Source of the DNA: a virus
Virus record (IMG/VR): IMGVR_UViG_3300037827_000551
Span: 1-64,000 of that record
Length of the DNA stretch: 64,000 bases
Direction: 5' to 3' (one strand)
Shown: positions 35,156 to 45,464 of the stretch, in pieces
Numbering within the stretch: the first letter of the stretch is position 1
Layout: each line of letters begins with the position of its first letter
Notes under the pieces: model-generated
Databases searched by the model: none
What the model saw: the letters and a program-made list of their open reading frames with translations, nothing else
Told to the model about the DNA's origin: nothing
Program-made: the position numbers and the translations under genes

Positions 35156-36528
35156 GTAAACATGTCCCCTCAATCCTGAAAAAATCCCAAAGCAGGAGTA
35201 TCGCCAAGAGGCAATATCAAGCCGCTGCCACCCTGAGCGCTCCCGGCTTCACCGCCAGCCTGACAACGCCGTCGATCGCTGGGATACTCGTCACACCTCA
35301 GACCGCCCTTACCTTCTCGGCCTATTACGCCGGGGTCAGGGTGATCACGGAGGACTTGGCCTCGCTCCCATTTTGTACGTTCCAGCGAATACCCAACGGC
35401 GGGTCGAAGGCGGTTCCGTCGCATCCCGTGTCGGTGCTATGGAATAGATCGCCTGATGGTGAGTCTACTTCCATGAATTGGCGGGAGGCATGGACGGGAC
35501 ACTGCTTAGGTTGGGGCAATGCTTTTGCCGAGATCTTCTTTGACGACGCGGGCTACCCCGAACGCCTGTCGATGATACATCCATCCATAATTATCCCAAA
35601 GAGATTCCGTGATGGACGCCTATATTACGAATTGCAGACCAGCATCGGGTCCAACGCATCAGGCCGATACCGCATTATCCCCCCATGGAAAATCCTCCAC
35701 CTGGCGGGACTCGGCTTCAACGGTCTTGTGGGTTACTCCCCGGTCGCTCTCGCAAGGGAATCTATTGGGTTGGGTAAAGCGGCCGAACAGTTCGGTGCCA
35801 GCCTCTTTGGAAACGGTGCGATACCACACGGGGTCTTACAGTACCCAGGAGTCCTAAAGGACGAGGCCCGCAAGAACCTCCGTGAAGGATGGAATCAGGT
35901 CCACCAGGGTTCAGCGAGCGCTAATCGTATCGCCGTCCTAGAACAGGGTGTTACCTGGGTTCAGACCCAGATTCAGCCCGAAGACGCCCAATTCCTCGCC
36001 GCCAGACAGTTCCAGGTCGTCGAAATCGCCCGAATTCTCCGCCTCGCCCCGCACAAAATCGGCGACTTCAGTCAGGCTCACTTAGCCAACATCGAGGCCG
36101 CGAACGACGACCACATCATCTCGTGCATACGTCCTTGGGCCATAAGATTTGAACAATGTTCTGATCTGAAACTTTTTACCAGGGAAGAATACGACGCCGG
36201 ATTTTATACCAAGCACGACTTTCGGCCATTGCTGCTCAAATTAGCCAAGGATCGGGCGGATTACTACAGGAAGATGTTCGAGATTGGCGTATACACAGTC
36301 AATGAAATCAGGGAATTAGAAGGCTTGAATCCAATCAGTGACGCGGACGGTGGTAATCTCCGCTTCAGACCGGCCAACGAGATGGGACTCACGTCACCGG
36401 ACAAAGCCATCGAAGAGGGACTGATGAGGAAGGGTGAGGAGGCCACATCGGACAAGACCCCCCGTGGCCTCATGGAATTGATGCACGACCGGAGCGTCAT
36501 GAACGGAAATGGCTATCACGCAGCCTAA
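35152..36528 (+). CDS. Portal protein (HK97 family)
   Basis: TALTFSAYYAGVRVITEDLASLP, WGNAFA, GLVGYSPV, FGNGAIP, EIARIL..PHKIG, TVNEIRELEGL. Confidence 0.95.
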   Translation: MSKHVPSILKKSQSRSIAKRQYQAAATLSAPGFTASLTTPSIAGILVTPQTALTFSAYYAGVRVITEDLASLPFCTFQRIPNGGSKAVPSHPVSVLWNRSPDGESTSMNWREAWTGHCLGWGNAFAEIFFDDAGYPERLSMIHPSIIIPKRFRDGRLYYELQTSIGSNASGRYRIIPPWKILHLAGLGFNGLVGYSPVALARESIGLGKAAEQFGASLFGNGAIPHGVLQYPGVLKDEARKNLREGWNQVHQGSASANRIAVLEQGVTWVQTQIQPEDAQFLAARQFQVVEIARILRLAPHKIGDFSQAHLANIEAANDDHIISCIRPWAIRFEQCSDLKLFTREEYDAGFYTKHDFRPLLLKLAKDRADYYRKMFEIGVYTVNEIRELEGLNPISDADGGNLRFRPANEMGLTSPDKAIEEGLMRKGEEATSDKTPRGLMELMHDRSVMNGNGYHAA

Positions 36529-36713
36529 AAAGCCCCCAAAACGAGAAAATTTCACAAAAATCGACCCGTTGGCGCTCACGGATTACCAAGTCGTGGATCT
36601 GGGAAAAGAGTGCGATCAGAAATGACCAGCGAACGTCTCATGCTTGGATCGAGGAATTTCTCAGTGGCTTGAGGAAAAATACTGATGGTGGGTACAAGAA
36701 AATCGGTGGCTGA

Positions 36714-37232
36714 ATGAGCATAATCGCGGCTAAGATTCACGCGGATTACTACGAAATTGCAGCAGATTCGATCAGTGTACTTGGGCATAGCCAAAGAAAG
36801 GACATGGACAAGGCCAAACTCCTGGAAGTCAACGGGATTATCGTAGGTGGAACCGGGACCGCCCAAGAAACATCTTTGCTTGAAACCTTCCTTCGTACGC
36901 ATAAGCCAAGTGAATCAAAAGACTCCTCGGTGCTCGAATGTTTCATCGAGTTTGCCTCCTGGAAGAAAGAGCGAACCACCAAGTACGAGATAGAAAACGA
37001 CTATTTGGTAGGTTTTGATGGCAAAGTCTGGCTGATCGAGGGATTTTACGTGTGTCAGGTGACCAAATTTCACGCCATTGGAGCTGGGGCCAATTTTGCG
37101 ACCGCCGCAATGTTCCTGGGTCACGATGTCACCAAGGCGGTCGAAACAGCGATCGAGTTATCAATTTACTGCGAATCACCCGTCGTTAAATTCAGGCGAA
37201 ACATGCGAGACCAAAATAGTGAACGTGCTTGA
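36714..37232 (+). CDS. Ntn-hydrolase, HslV/proteasome beta-like peptidase
   Basis: MSIIAA...IAADS...K...GGTG...AIGAGANFATAAM...AVETAIELSIYC. Confidence 0.75.
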   Translation: MSIIAAKIHADYYEIAADSISVLGHSQRKDMDKAKLLEVNGIIVGGTGTAQETSLLETFLRTHKPSESKDSSVLECFIEFASWKKERTTKYEIENDYLVGFDGKVWLIEGFYVCQVTKFHAIGAGANFATAAMFLGHDVTKAVETAIELSIYCESPVVKFRRNMRDQNSERA

Positions 37233-37381
37233 TCAGTACGAAGTCAGCATCGCCGCCATCGATTCCGACGCCCAAAACCCGGCAAATATCGCGAAAATCC
37301 GCCTGATTTTGCCCAAAAACAGCGAAAAACTCGAAAAAACAGCGGTCGCATTGGTAAAAAACGCCGGAAATTGAGGCAAAA

Positions 37382-38596
37382 ATGTCAGTCTACATGAATT
37401 ACGACGGCTTCAGATCTTGCCGGGGAATGATCGATCACGGCAAAGTCAGCGAGGAGCCGCTCAACCTGTCCGCCGAGGATGAAGCCCGAATGCTCGGCCC
37501 TGAAGGCACTGACGTCCACGAGCACGCCAAGCATCACCTGGGCGTCGACGAGGACAAGGTGTGGACTGATCCCAAGCGAAATAAGTACCCATTCGCCAAA
37601 GAGGGTCGCGCCCACATCCCCGCTCTTCACGATATCCGCAATAAAGCCGCCGAAAACGGCCACGAGGACGTCAAGGATGCCGCCAGTATGCTCTTGGGTC
37701 ACTTCAAGACCAAGCATAAGCCTGATGAGCGATCCGAACGATCACTGACCTTGGTGGAGATCCTGGACCCCGAGGAGCGTCGGATTGTCAAAAAGACAGA
37801 CGGCTACCACGTGATGTCCGAGGATGGACAGAAGCATCTCGGGGGGCCATACAAGACTAAAGAGGAAGCCCTCAAGAGGTTGGGCGAGGTGGAATATTTC
37901 AAGCACGAGGGCAAATCACAGATTCTATCCCCGGAAAAGCGTGTTCTCCCCTTTAATTTCGCCGATTTCCGGGTCAAGGACGGCGGCGACGGTTCTGATC
38001 GGAAACTGGTTGGTTACGCGGCCAAGTTCGACAAATTGAGCCAAAACCTCGGTGGTTTCCAGGAGAAGATCAACAAGGGGGCCTTCGACGAAGTCTTGAA
38101 GACGGCCGACGTTCGGGGCCTTCGCAATCACGATCCAGACAAGATTCTGGCTCGCACCGCCTCGGGGACCATGCGAATCGGAACCGATGACGTCGGCCTC
38201 TGGTATGAAATGTCGTTCCGCAATACGCAACTCTGGCGTGACACGCTCAGCGACATCGAATCCAAGGACATGGATGGTTCCAGCTTCAGTTTCACGGCCG
38301 ACGAGAAGGCTGGTGACGACGAGTGGGACGAGACGACGAATCCGCCGACTCGGACACTAAAGCGGGTTCGCGATCTCTTTGACGTCGGCCCCGTATCCTA
38401 TCCCGCCTATCTCGACACGACGGCCCATGCCCGCCAATGCCGGTCATACCAACGGTTCCTGGCCTCTCCCGCCCGCGAAGAGATGAACCGCATTCGCGAG
38501 GAGGAGGAAAAAAAGGCGGCCGCGCAGTTGCGGCGAAAGAAAATCCTTGAATTCAAGCTGGGGTTAGCCCCCGGCTTTCTCACGGTGACCACCTGA
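37382..38596 (+). CDS. Prohead protease (HK97/S78) with N-terminal accessory domains
   Basis: LVGYAAKFD..S..LGGFQEKI..GAF, NHD, DGSSFSF, DVGPVSYPAY; about 185-aa N-terminal extension. Confidence 0.92.
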   Translation: MSVYMNYDGFRSCRGMIDHGKVSEEPLNLSAEDEARMLGPEGTDVHEHAKHHLGVDEDKVWTDPKRNKYPFAKEGRAHIPALHDIRNKAAENGHEDVKDAASMLLGHFKTKHKPDERSERSLTLVEILDPEERRIVKKTDGYHVMSEDGQKHLGGPYKTKEEALKRLGEVEYFKHEGKSQILSPEKRVLPFNFADFRVKDGGDGSDRKLVGYAAKFDKLSQNLGGFQEKINKGAFDEVLKTADVRGLRNHDPDKILARTASGTMRIGTDDVGLWYEMSFRNTQLWRDTLSDIESKDMDGSSFSFTADEKAGDDEWDETTNPPTRTLKRVRDLFDVGPVSYPAYLDTTAHARQCRSYQRFLASPAREEMNRIREEEEKKAAAQLRRKKILEFKLGLAPGFLTVTT

Positions 38597-38604
38597 AACC
38601 TACG

Positions 38605-38898
38605 ATGGCACAAAACATTCGCATTCGCCCGACCCCTACCCGCGATGGCCTCGCCGTTTTCGAGTTCACGGTAACCATCGAGGACGTCGAACTCGGGTCC
38701 TGGGAAGTCTCGCGGCGCCTTCGTAGGCAGTGCGACGATGTTTCGGTTTTGTGGAGCAACGGCGTAACTTCTCTGGCCTTCGCTCGTGCTGGCATCAGCT
38801 CATTTTCCGCTCTTGATAGTGCGTTAAATGACATCATTGCAGCCGGCATCGGTGGCCGAGTCTGTCACGGCCAAGATGCTCACTTGCAGCCCCGGTAA
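38605..38898 (+). CDS. Hypothetical protein between protease and capsid
   Basis: ORF fills the gap; no recognisable motif. Confidence 0.4.
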   Translation: MAQNIRIRPTPTRDGLAVFEFTVTIEDVELGSWEVSRRLRRQCDDVSVLWSNGVTSLAFARAGISSFSALDSALNDIIAAGIGGRVCHGQDAHLQPR

Positions 38899-38986
38899 GC
38901 GTACTCAGACTTCAGTTCTTTCTCAATTCGATTCGCAGTTACCCAAGGCCCGGCTTTGCCGAGCATACCACGAAAGGTAATTACAC

Positions 38987-40486
38987 ATGCCTGCAATGGC
39001 AAAGCCGAAATTGACCGTACCCGAGTTGCTCCGCAAGAAGTCGGAGCGCCAGGGAGAACTCCAAAAGCTGTCTAACGAGTGGACCAAGGATGGCCGAGAG
39101 ACCACCGATGAAGAGATGGCCACTCTTCAAGAAATCTCGCTTGAAGTCTGCGAACGGGGCTTCTGGGATACGCAGATCGACGCCCGCAAGAAGTGGGACG
39201 TGATCGACAATAGCTTGAAGGGCGGCAAACGCGAGTCAGATCACACCTATGACCATGGCCTGATGCCGCACAACGACGTCATCAACACTCGCAACGGACG
39301 CTACGAGTACAGCTTCTTGAAGGTTCTCCGCCACCAATCCGACCCTCGCCGCTGGCCGTTGGATGGCATCGAGGGCGAAGTCGATACCGAGATGAAAAAG
39401 GCTCGATCGGTACAAATGCTCCCTTCGGCTAGAGGAACCCAAGTTCCTTTGGACCTGCCGATCGACCTGGGTCAATCCCTTCGTTTTGCTCAACGGAATG
39501 GCTTCGGTCGTTCGACGCTCACCCAGATGGCCTTGACTCGCAATAAAATGCGAGCCTTGGTCGGTGACGACGGCACCGAGTCGCGAACCTTGGACACCAA
39601 TGCTGGTGGGGGTAGCATCCCGACAATTCTCGACACGACGATGATCGAGATTTTGCGTGCGCGCATGGTTACGTTTAACCTTGGTGCGCGAGTGATGACT
39701 GATATGCAGGGGCTATTCGCCATCCCTCGGCAAGCGACGGCGTCAACCTTTTATATGGTTGGCCAGGGCTCGGCAGTCACCGGGTCAAACCAGACGATAG
39801 ACCAAGTCCAGTTCTCGCCGCACACGGGCGGCGTTTACACGACCTATACTCGCCAATTTTTGGAGCAGACTAATCAGGACGCCGAGATGTTCGTCCGCGA
39901 GGATCAAGCGGCGGTTGTTGCCCGTGGCGTTGAGACCCAGGCCCTGAACGGCCAGGGCAACAACGGCTATCCGCTCGGTCTCTTGAACAACCCCGAGATC
40001 GGCGTATATGCCATCGGTGCCAATGGCGGAGCTCCGACGTGGACGCAGCTTGTTGCCCAGGAAGCATACGTGGCATTCTTCAATGCCGACGTGGGATCGC
40101 TCGGATACGTGACCGATGCCCTTGTTCGTGGCACACTGAAGACCACGACCAAGATCTCCGCCTCGACCTTTCCGATTTACCTCTGGAATACGGAAGCCCC
40201 TGATTTCCCGGTCAACGGCTACCCGTGTGCCGTGACGAATTTGCTGCCTCAGAATATCACCAAGGGCAGTGGCACGAACTTGCACGCCATGATCTTCGGT
40301 AACTGGGAAGATCTCATCTACGCCTTCTGGAGCGGCATGGACGTGATCATCGACCCGTACACCGCCGCAAGCCAAGGTGCGGTCAACGTTGCTACACTAC
40401 AAGATTTTGATGTGAACGTACGTCACTATCAGAGCTTCGCCAACTGCACGGACATCATTTCCAGCATCGCGGCACCGAATACTTGA
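38987..40486 (+). CDS. Major capsid protein (HK97 fold with delta domain)
   Basis: Coiled-coil N-terminus, AGGGSIPT, LNGQG..PLGLLN, VNGYP, IFGNWED, DPYT. Confidence 0.95.
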   Translation: MPAMAKPKLTVPELLRKKSERQGELQKLSNEWTKDGRETTDEEMATLQEISLEVCERGFWDTQIDARKKWDVIDNSLKGGKRESDHTYDHGLMPHNDVINTRNGRYEYSFLKVLRHQSDPRRWPLDGIEGEVDTEMKKARSVQMLPSARGTQVPLDLPIDLGQSLRFAQRNGFGRSTLTQMALTRNKMRALVGDDGTESRTLDTNAGGGSIPTILDTTMIEILRARMVTFNLGARVMTDMQGLFAIPRQATASTFYMVGQGSAVTGSNQTIDQVQFSPHTGGVYTTYTRQFLEQTNQDAEMFVREDQAAVVARGVETQALNGQGNNGYPLGLLNNPEIGVYAIGANGGAPTWTQLVAQEAYVAFFNADVGSLGYVTDALVRGTLKTTTKISASTFPIYLWNTEAPDFPVNGYPCAVTNLLPQNITKGSGTNLHAMIFGNWEDLIYAFWSGMDVIIDPYTAASQGAVNVATLQDFDVNVRHYQSFANCTDIISSIAAPNT

Positions 40487-40497
40487 TAGGAGTCACC

Positions 40498-40755
40498 ATG
40501 AATCGCCGCAGTCTCTTCGGCGTGATCCCGGCAATTTTCGCGGTGCCGATTTTGAGTAGGATGGCAGCAATGTTTTCACGGAAGCCCTTAGATCGGGATC
40601 ACGTCAGATACTCGAAACGGAAAAAGGAGATCGCGGGGTCCATGTGTGATTCGTGGAACAAGATGTTTTTGGACGACCAAATCGGCGACAAAGGTCGCCG
40701 TAGGATCATGACCCCGCTTACTCATGAAGAATACCAAGAGAGATTCCATGCCTGA
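40498..40755 (+). CDS. Hypothetical protein with twin-arginine-like N-terminus
   Basis: AGGAG RBS; MNRRSLFGVIPAIFAVP. Confidence 0.55.
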   Translation: MNRRSLFGVIPAIFAVPILSRMAAMFSRKPLDRDHVRYSKRKKEIAGSMCDSWNKMFLDDQIGDKGRRRIMTPLTHEEYQERFHA

Positions 40756-41203
40756 TAACCCCATCAGCCCTGATTCAATGAAAAAGGGCGTCGCGTCGAT
40801 CCAAAAGCCAACGGAACCTCTACGGCTTGGGCATTCGGAAGAGAGGTTGCCCGGTTCGGGCTACAGCCCGAAGAACCTCTGTTTCTACGAGCATGTTTCG
40901 CCAAAGTCGATTATGATCGGCGGTCGAGTCGTCGCGACCGGCGAAGTGATTGCGATCACATCGGAAAAGGAAATCCCCAGCAAATTCTCGCTACAGCCCG
41001 ACTACCTTTCCACGAGCCGGGCGAGCGAATTGATCAAAGGGAAGTTCGGCCGCGAACATCCAGGCCCGGCGACGGTCTCGATTCGCAGGCCAGATGTTGA
41101 GGATGTGCTCAAGAGTTACGGGTTCCAGCCCAAGAGCCTGATGGGCAATCGCATGACCGTCGCACCCCCGGAGGCCGTGAAACAGAAAGCGGGGGCGTTT
41201 TGA
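40748..41203 (+). CDS. Hypothetical head-region protein
   Basis: Packed ORF after the capsid gene. Confidence 0.6.
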   Translation: MPDNPISPDSMKKGVASIQKPTEPLRLGHSEERLPGSGYSPKNLCFYEHVSPKSIMIGGRVVATGEVIAITSEKEIPSKFSLQPDYLSTSRASELIKGKFGREHPGPATVSIRRPDVEDVLKSYGFQPKSLMGNRMTVAPPEAVKQKAGAF

Positions 41204-41451
41204 TGAGTGTGAATTGTGGCAAAGTTCTGCCGCTTGGTTCGGTTCACCACTCTATCCACACCGATTACTGGTTCGGCGACACAGTCTATCTCAGGGTTCG
41301 CTCCGATCGCCACAAGGGGATGATCATCGGCATCCGTCTTTGGCCCGACGGCCTGGCTTACAATGTCACGTGGGGTTACAGTGGAGCCGAAACGCCGCAT
41401 TATGGGATGGAGTTGACCTCGGAGTTCGAGTCGGATTTGGGGGTTATTTGA
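41200..41451 (+). CDS. Small SH3-like phage protein
   Basis: FGDTVYLR...GMIIGI..P.G..Y.V.W...HYGMEL. Confidence 0.6.
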   Translation: MMSVNCGKVLPLGSVHHSIHTDYWFGDTVYLRVRSDRHKGMIIGIRLWPDGLAYNVTWGYSGAETPHYGMELTSEFESDLGVI

Positions 41452-41720
41452 TGCCAGGGAATGGACCAGCGCCAACAGGGCAAAAGCCGTCGCCGCCGCC
41501 AGCACCGCCATTGCCGAAGAATTTGACCTATGGGATTCAAGTGACGAACCGAGAAATCAACGCTGTGCCAGCAACGCCTCCTGCCCAATCATGGAAGCCC
41601 ATGGCTCGTTTGCCGCAGATCGACCCGATGGTTATGCTGGAGTTATTGAAGGCCGGCGTGATGACCAAGGACGAGGTTCGGGAGAGGCTGGGGCTGTCGA
41701 AAGAGAGCGAGAAGTCATGA
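41451..41720 (+). CDS. Pro-rich small protein; its first 38 nt are the source of the insert at 62677-62714
   Basis: TGATG overlap; MPGNGPAPTGQKP; C-terminal AGVMTKDEVRERLGL is portal-like. Confidence 0.6.
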   Translation: MPGNGPAPTGQKPSPPPAPPLPKNLTYGIQVTNREINAVPATPPAQSWKPMARLPQIDPMVMLELLKAGVMTKDEVRERLGLSKESEKS

Positions 41721-42040
41721 CGACCATCAATCAAATGCGAGTCGGCTTTGGCTACCAGACAGTCCCTGGTGGCGACCGAGAAATCTCAAAAGGCGGGTTC
41801 CGCATGGGCGACAAGCCGCTTGAAATGTTTGATGTCAGCCCGTCGCCCTACCCGGCGTACCACAGTGCGTTAATTGGGGCTACTGACGCCGACGCCGAGC
41901 AGTACGTCCACGAGGACGCCGCCAGGTTCTTAGCGGAAATCAAGACCACGATCGATGCTCCGCCGAGTCCGGAACGAACATGGCAACTTCAGGTTTATAG
42001 TTGGCTCTATGCGATCATCAAGGGCAAGGTGAAGTTGTGA
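41717..42040 (+). CDS. Hypothetical protein
   Basis: ATGA overlap; packed ORF. Confidence 0.55.
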   Translation: MTTINQMRVGFGYQTVPGGDREISKGGFRMGDKPLEMFDVSPSPYPAYHSALIGATDADAEQYVHEDAARFLAEIKTTIDAPPSPERTWQLQVYSWLYAIIKGKVKL

Positions 42041-42340
42041 GCTTCGATATCAAGGGCATCGATTTCAATTACGCAACCCAAGAATACATGACTGAGGTCA
42101 TGGTTCGGATTTTGGTCGAGATTCGCGATGGGCAGAACGAGCAAATCGCTGAGATGGCCGAGGCGAACGAACTGCTCCGGAAGTTGATCGAAGTGACCGG
42201 AAATCTCGGTCCTGATATTTGGGATATAGCTGAGCGGATTACACACGTGGAAAAACTCGTTCGCTAGGTGAAGCCATGAGCGAAAACAAGTTCAAGGTTC
42301 CTGTCAGGACATGGCCAGAACCCGAGGCCGCTTCCACTAA

Positions 42341-43342
42341 ATGACCTGGCCTGGACTACCATCAGGATTCCAGCAAAACTACTGGCGGATCAATCAGCTT
42401 ATTCCGCCCGCCCAAGAGCCGGTCACGCTCTCTGATGCTAAAAATTTCGCCCGCATTGAATTTGACAACGACGACGCGACGGTCACCGACCTGATCACAG
42501 CCGCGAGGGAATACGCCGAAGTAGCCCAGAAGCGGGCTATTCCGACCCAAGTATTCCAGATGTACATGATGGGGTTTTCGTGGTCGGGTGGATATTATGA
42601 CCGAATCATACGTTCAATAGGTCCCAGCCCGTGGTGGCTACCATCGGCCCAAGGGATCATGACCATTCCTCACCCGAACGTTCAGATGGTGCTCTCGGTC
42701 CAATACATCGACCCTTCAAGTGGATTATGGGATTATGTACAGCCTAGCACTTATACATTTAGCTACAATAGTACGCCAGGCCGCATATCCCCTATTGAGG
42801 GGGCGGTTTGGCCGTTGCCTCGACCTCAGCAGGACAACGTTATCATCACGTTTGTGTCCGGTTACGGTCCAACCGCTCAAGGCTCGGCTCAGAGTCAAAC
42901 CCTCGCCGTCCAGGGTGTGGCGACGTCGGGCACCTTCGTCTTGAGTTGGAATGGCGACACAACCACGAACCTCAACTGGAACTGTCAAAGCAGCGACATC
43001 CAGACCGCCTTGCAGGCCCTGGGAAACATCGGGGCAAACAACGTCACCTGCATAGGCGGTCCCTTCCCTGTCGCTCCAATTATCGCTACGTGGGCGGGAA
43101 CGCTCGCTTCCGGGTATCAACCGCTAATCACAGCGACGAGCAATCTGAGCGGAATCGCAACCAGTCAGCCCTCGGTGCTTACAAATATCGCTCCGCTGAT
43201 GCCGTCGAGCACTCGCACAGCCTTGAAACAAATCGTCGCGGACACATACGAGAACCGTGAAGCGAGTATGGATATCACACTCAAGATTACCCCAACGAGC
43301 AATCGGATGTTGCAACCAGAGATGTGGGGTAGTTACGTATGA
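42341..43342 (+). CDS. Head-tail connector (gp6-like) with an inserted beta/alpha domain
   Basis: PAQEPVTLSDAKNFARIE..DD...LITAAREYAE and ALKQIVADTYENRE flank a QTL...SGTFVLSWNGDTT...IQTALQAL domain. Confidence 0.85.
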   Translation: MTWPGLPSGFQQNYWRINQLIPPAQEPVTLSDAKNFARIEFDNDDATVTDLITAAREYAEVAQKRAIPTQVFQMYMMGFSWSGGYYDRIIRSIGPSPWWLPSAQGIMTIPHPNVQMVLSVQYIDPSSGLWDYVQPSTYTFSYNSTPGRISPIEGAVWPLPRPQQDNVIITFVSGYGPTAQGSAQSQTLAVQGVATSGTFVLSWNGDTTTNLNWNCQSSDIQTALQALGNIGANNVTCIGGPFPVAPIIATWAGTLASGYQPLITATSNLSGIATSQPSVLTNIAPLMPSSTRTALKQIVADTYENREASMDITLKITPTSNRMLQPEMWGSYV

Positions 43343-43370
43343 TTAATTCTATTTATTTTACAGGGAACGC

Positions 43371-44981
43371 ATGAGCGACGCAATCGACTCGATCGACCCC
43401 GAAGAAATGACCGTTCGTCAACTTGTTGATGAGGTTCGCCGATCGCGGGGAACTCCTGTTCAGCCAATGGAGTCGATCCCACCAAAATACAGCATTGTGA
43501 TCATGTACCCCAACGCGGGCTATCTGATGCCGTGTGCCTTCGCGTCGTCGCACGGAGCCTCATTCAAGCATCGAGTCAGTGTCTTCCCATTACAATTTGG
43601 TGATATCGAACACAATTTCAACATGATGCTTTGTTCGTCATACAGCGAGAGAAAAGACAAAGAGTTAACCCACATCGCCATGGCCCACAGCGACATCGGA
43701 GCCCAATCAGGTTGGCTCGACGTTCTCCTGGAAGAAATGGACCGACTCGACGCCGATATCATGACCACGGTACTGCCTATCAAGGATGAGCGAGGCTTGA
43801 CGACTACCGGTATCCGCTACCCCGAAGTCTGGGGAACCCGCCGGCTGACGATGCACGAGATTGCCCGGCTCCCCGAAACCTTTTCGATCGACGACACCGA
43901 CGAGCCAAGGGGCACCCTGGCAATCAACACAGGGCTCTGGGTCGCTCGGTTTGACGAACGCTCACGAATACCGTGGCATCGCTTTGAGGGCTTTCACCCC
44001 AAGCACAAGATCGATTGGTCAGACCCCGAGAACCCACAGGCGTGGTTCGATTCGGAAGACTGGCTTTTTTCAGACTGGTTAGCCAAAGAAGGCATCAAAG
44101 CCTACGCCACTCGCAAGCCGGTCGCTTTCCATCGCGGAGGCCAGGATTTCGGCAACCAAGGTACATGGGGCACATGGGACAGAGAATTACAGCGGCCTCA
44201 ACGTCCGGTCGACGAGCGGATCTCGACCCTTCCCAAGCCGAACCTGACGATCGAGACCGAGCACCCAGTCGCGGTCGATAGCCTCGATCACACGCAGCCG
44301 CTTGGCACGGCTCTGGACAATTTCTTCAGCTTGGCCTTCAATCGCAAACTCTATGAATTGATCCCTGCCAAGGAAGTCCGTCTCCTCGATCTCGGATGTG
44401 CCGGCGGTGGCCTTGTACGCTCAATCCTGGAAGACGGCGGGTTCGCAGTCGGGGTTGAAGGCAGCGACTTCAGCAAGGAGCGACAACGGGCCGAGTGGGC
44501 GACGATACCGGAGTGGCTGTTTACCGCCGACGTGACCGAGCCGTTCGCGATCAAGAATTGTGCGACGGCTGATCCGCTCAAGTTCAATGTGATTACGGGC
44601 TGGGAATTCTTCGAGCACATCGCCGAGGATAAACTCGAAGCCCTCTGGGCGAACATCCTTAAACACGCCACCAACGACGCGATCCTGATTGGCACCATCT
44701 CGCCACGAGAGGAACCGCATCACGTGACGGCAAAGCCAAAGAATTGGTGGATCGACAAGATGGCCGAAGCCTCGCTTCAAGCCGATTGCGAGCATGTCAT
44801 GTGGGTCGGTCACGCTCCCGAGATCGAGGAGCACTTCGGCACTGATCTTGTTCGCCAAATTGCTCAGGGTAACACTGGATCGTTCGCGTTTGGGATGAGG
44901 ATAGTGGAAGGCGGCGGCCGATTCAGCAACAGGATCTCGAACGCGATCAAAGCCAGTGCTTTCGCAAGATCAAAAGCCTGA
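43371..44981 (+). CDS. GT2-like glycosyltransferase fused to a class I SAM-dependent methyltransferase
   Basis: THIAMAHSDI (DxD-like), NTGLWV and SEDWLFS in the N-half; LLDLGCAGGGL and WEFFEHI in the C-half. Confidence 0.8.
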   Translation: MSDAIDSIDPEEMTVRQLVDEVRRSRGTPVQPMESIPPKYSIVIMYPNAGYLMPCAFASSHGASFKHRVSVFPLQFGDIEHNFNMMLCSSYSERKDKELTHIAMAHSDIGAQSGWLDVLLEEMDRLDADIMTTVLPIKDERGLTTTGIRYPEVWGTRRLTMHEIARLPETFSIDDTDEPRGTLAINTGLWVARFDERSRIPWHRFEGFHPKHKIDWSDPENPQAWFDSEDWLFSDWLAKEGIKAYATRKPVAFHRGGQDFGNQGTWGTWDRELQRPQRPVDERISTLPKPNLTIETEHPVAVDSLDHTQPLGTALDNFFSLAFNRKLYELIPAKEVRLLDLGCAGGGLVRSILEDGGFAVGVEGSDFSKERQRAEWATIPEWLFTADVTEPFAIKNCATADPLKFNVITGWEFFEHIAEDKLEALWANILKHATNDAILIGTISPREEPHHVTAKPKNWWIDKMAEASLQADCEHVMWVGHAPEIEEHFGTDLVRQIAQGNTGSFAFGMRIVEGGGRFSNRISNAIKASAFARSKA

Positions 44982-45044
44982 TTGGTGCTTGGTACGAATT
45001 GACAGCCAAAGGAGAGACGGCTTTGGCGGAGATCATGGGCATCC

Positions 45045-45452
45045 GTGGTTAGACCAGTAAAATCCGGGCGAAGCAGGCAGCGAGTGCTCCTCTTCGATGT
45101 TCCAGAAAGTGGTGTCGATTCATTCGGACAGCCATCGCAGAGCACGGTCCAGATCACGAATACGGCGGCTACCGACGGCGGCTTCTGGGCCGAAGTGATT
45201 CCACTTCAGGGCAACGAAATGCTGAATGTTAGAACCGTGTGGCCAACGGCTAGCCATATCGTTCACATGCGTTGGCTTGGATCGGTTATTCCATCATCTC
45301 CCGATAATCCCAACGGCCTACTTGTTCCAAATATGAAGCTACAGCTCCTTTTGGACAATTCGATTCTAAATATGCTGTTCTGTGACAATGTCGAGAAAAG
45401 AAACCGCCAGTGGACTCTGACCTGCGAGGAGCACATTAATGCCACCTCTTGA
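45045..45452 (+). CDS. Head closure / head-tail adaptor (SPP1 gp16-like)
   Basis: GRSRQRV..DSFGQ...WAEVIPLQGNE...H.VHMRW...LTCEE. Confidence 0.8.
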   Translation: MVRPVKSGRSRQRVLLFDVPESGVDSFGQPSQSTVQITNTAATDGGFWAEVIPLQGNEMLNVRTVWPTASHIVHMRWLGSVIPSSPDNPNGLLVPNMKLQLLLDNSILNMLFCDNVEKRNRQWTLTCEEHINATS

Positions 45453-45464
45453 TGCGGAGATATC

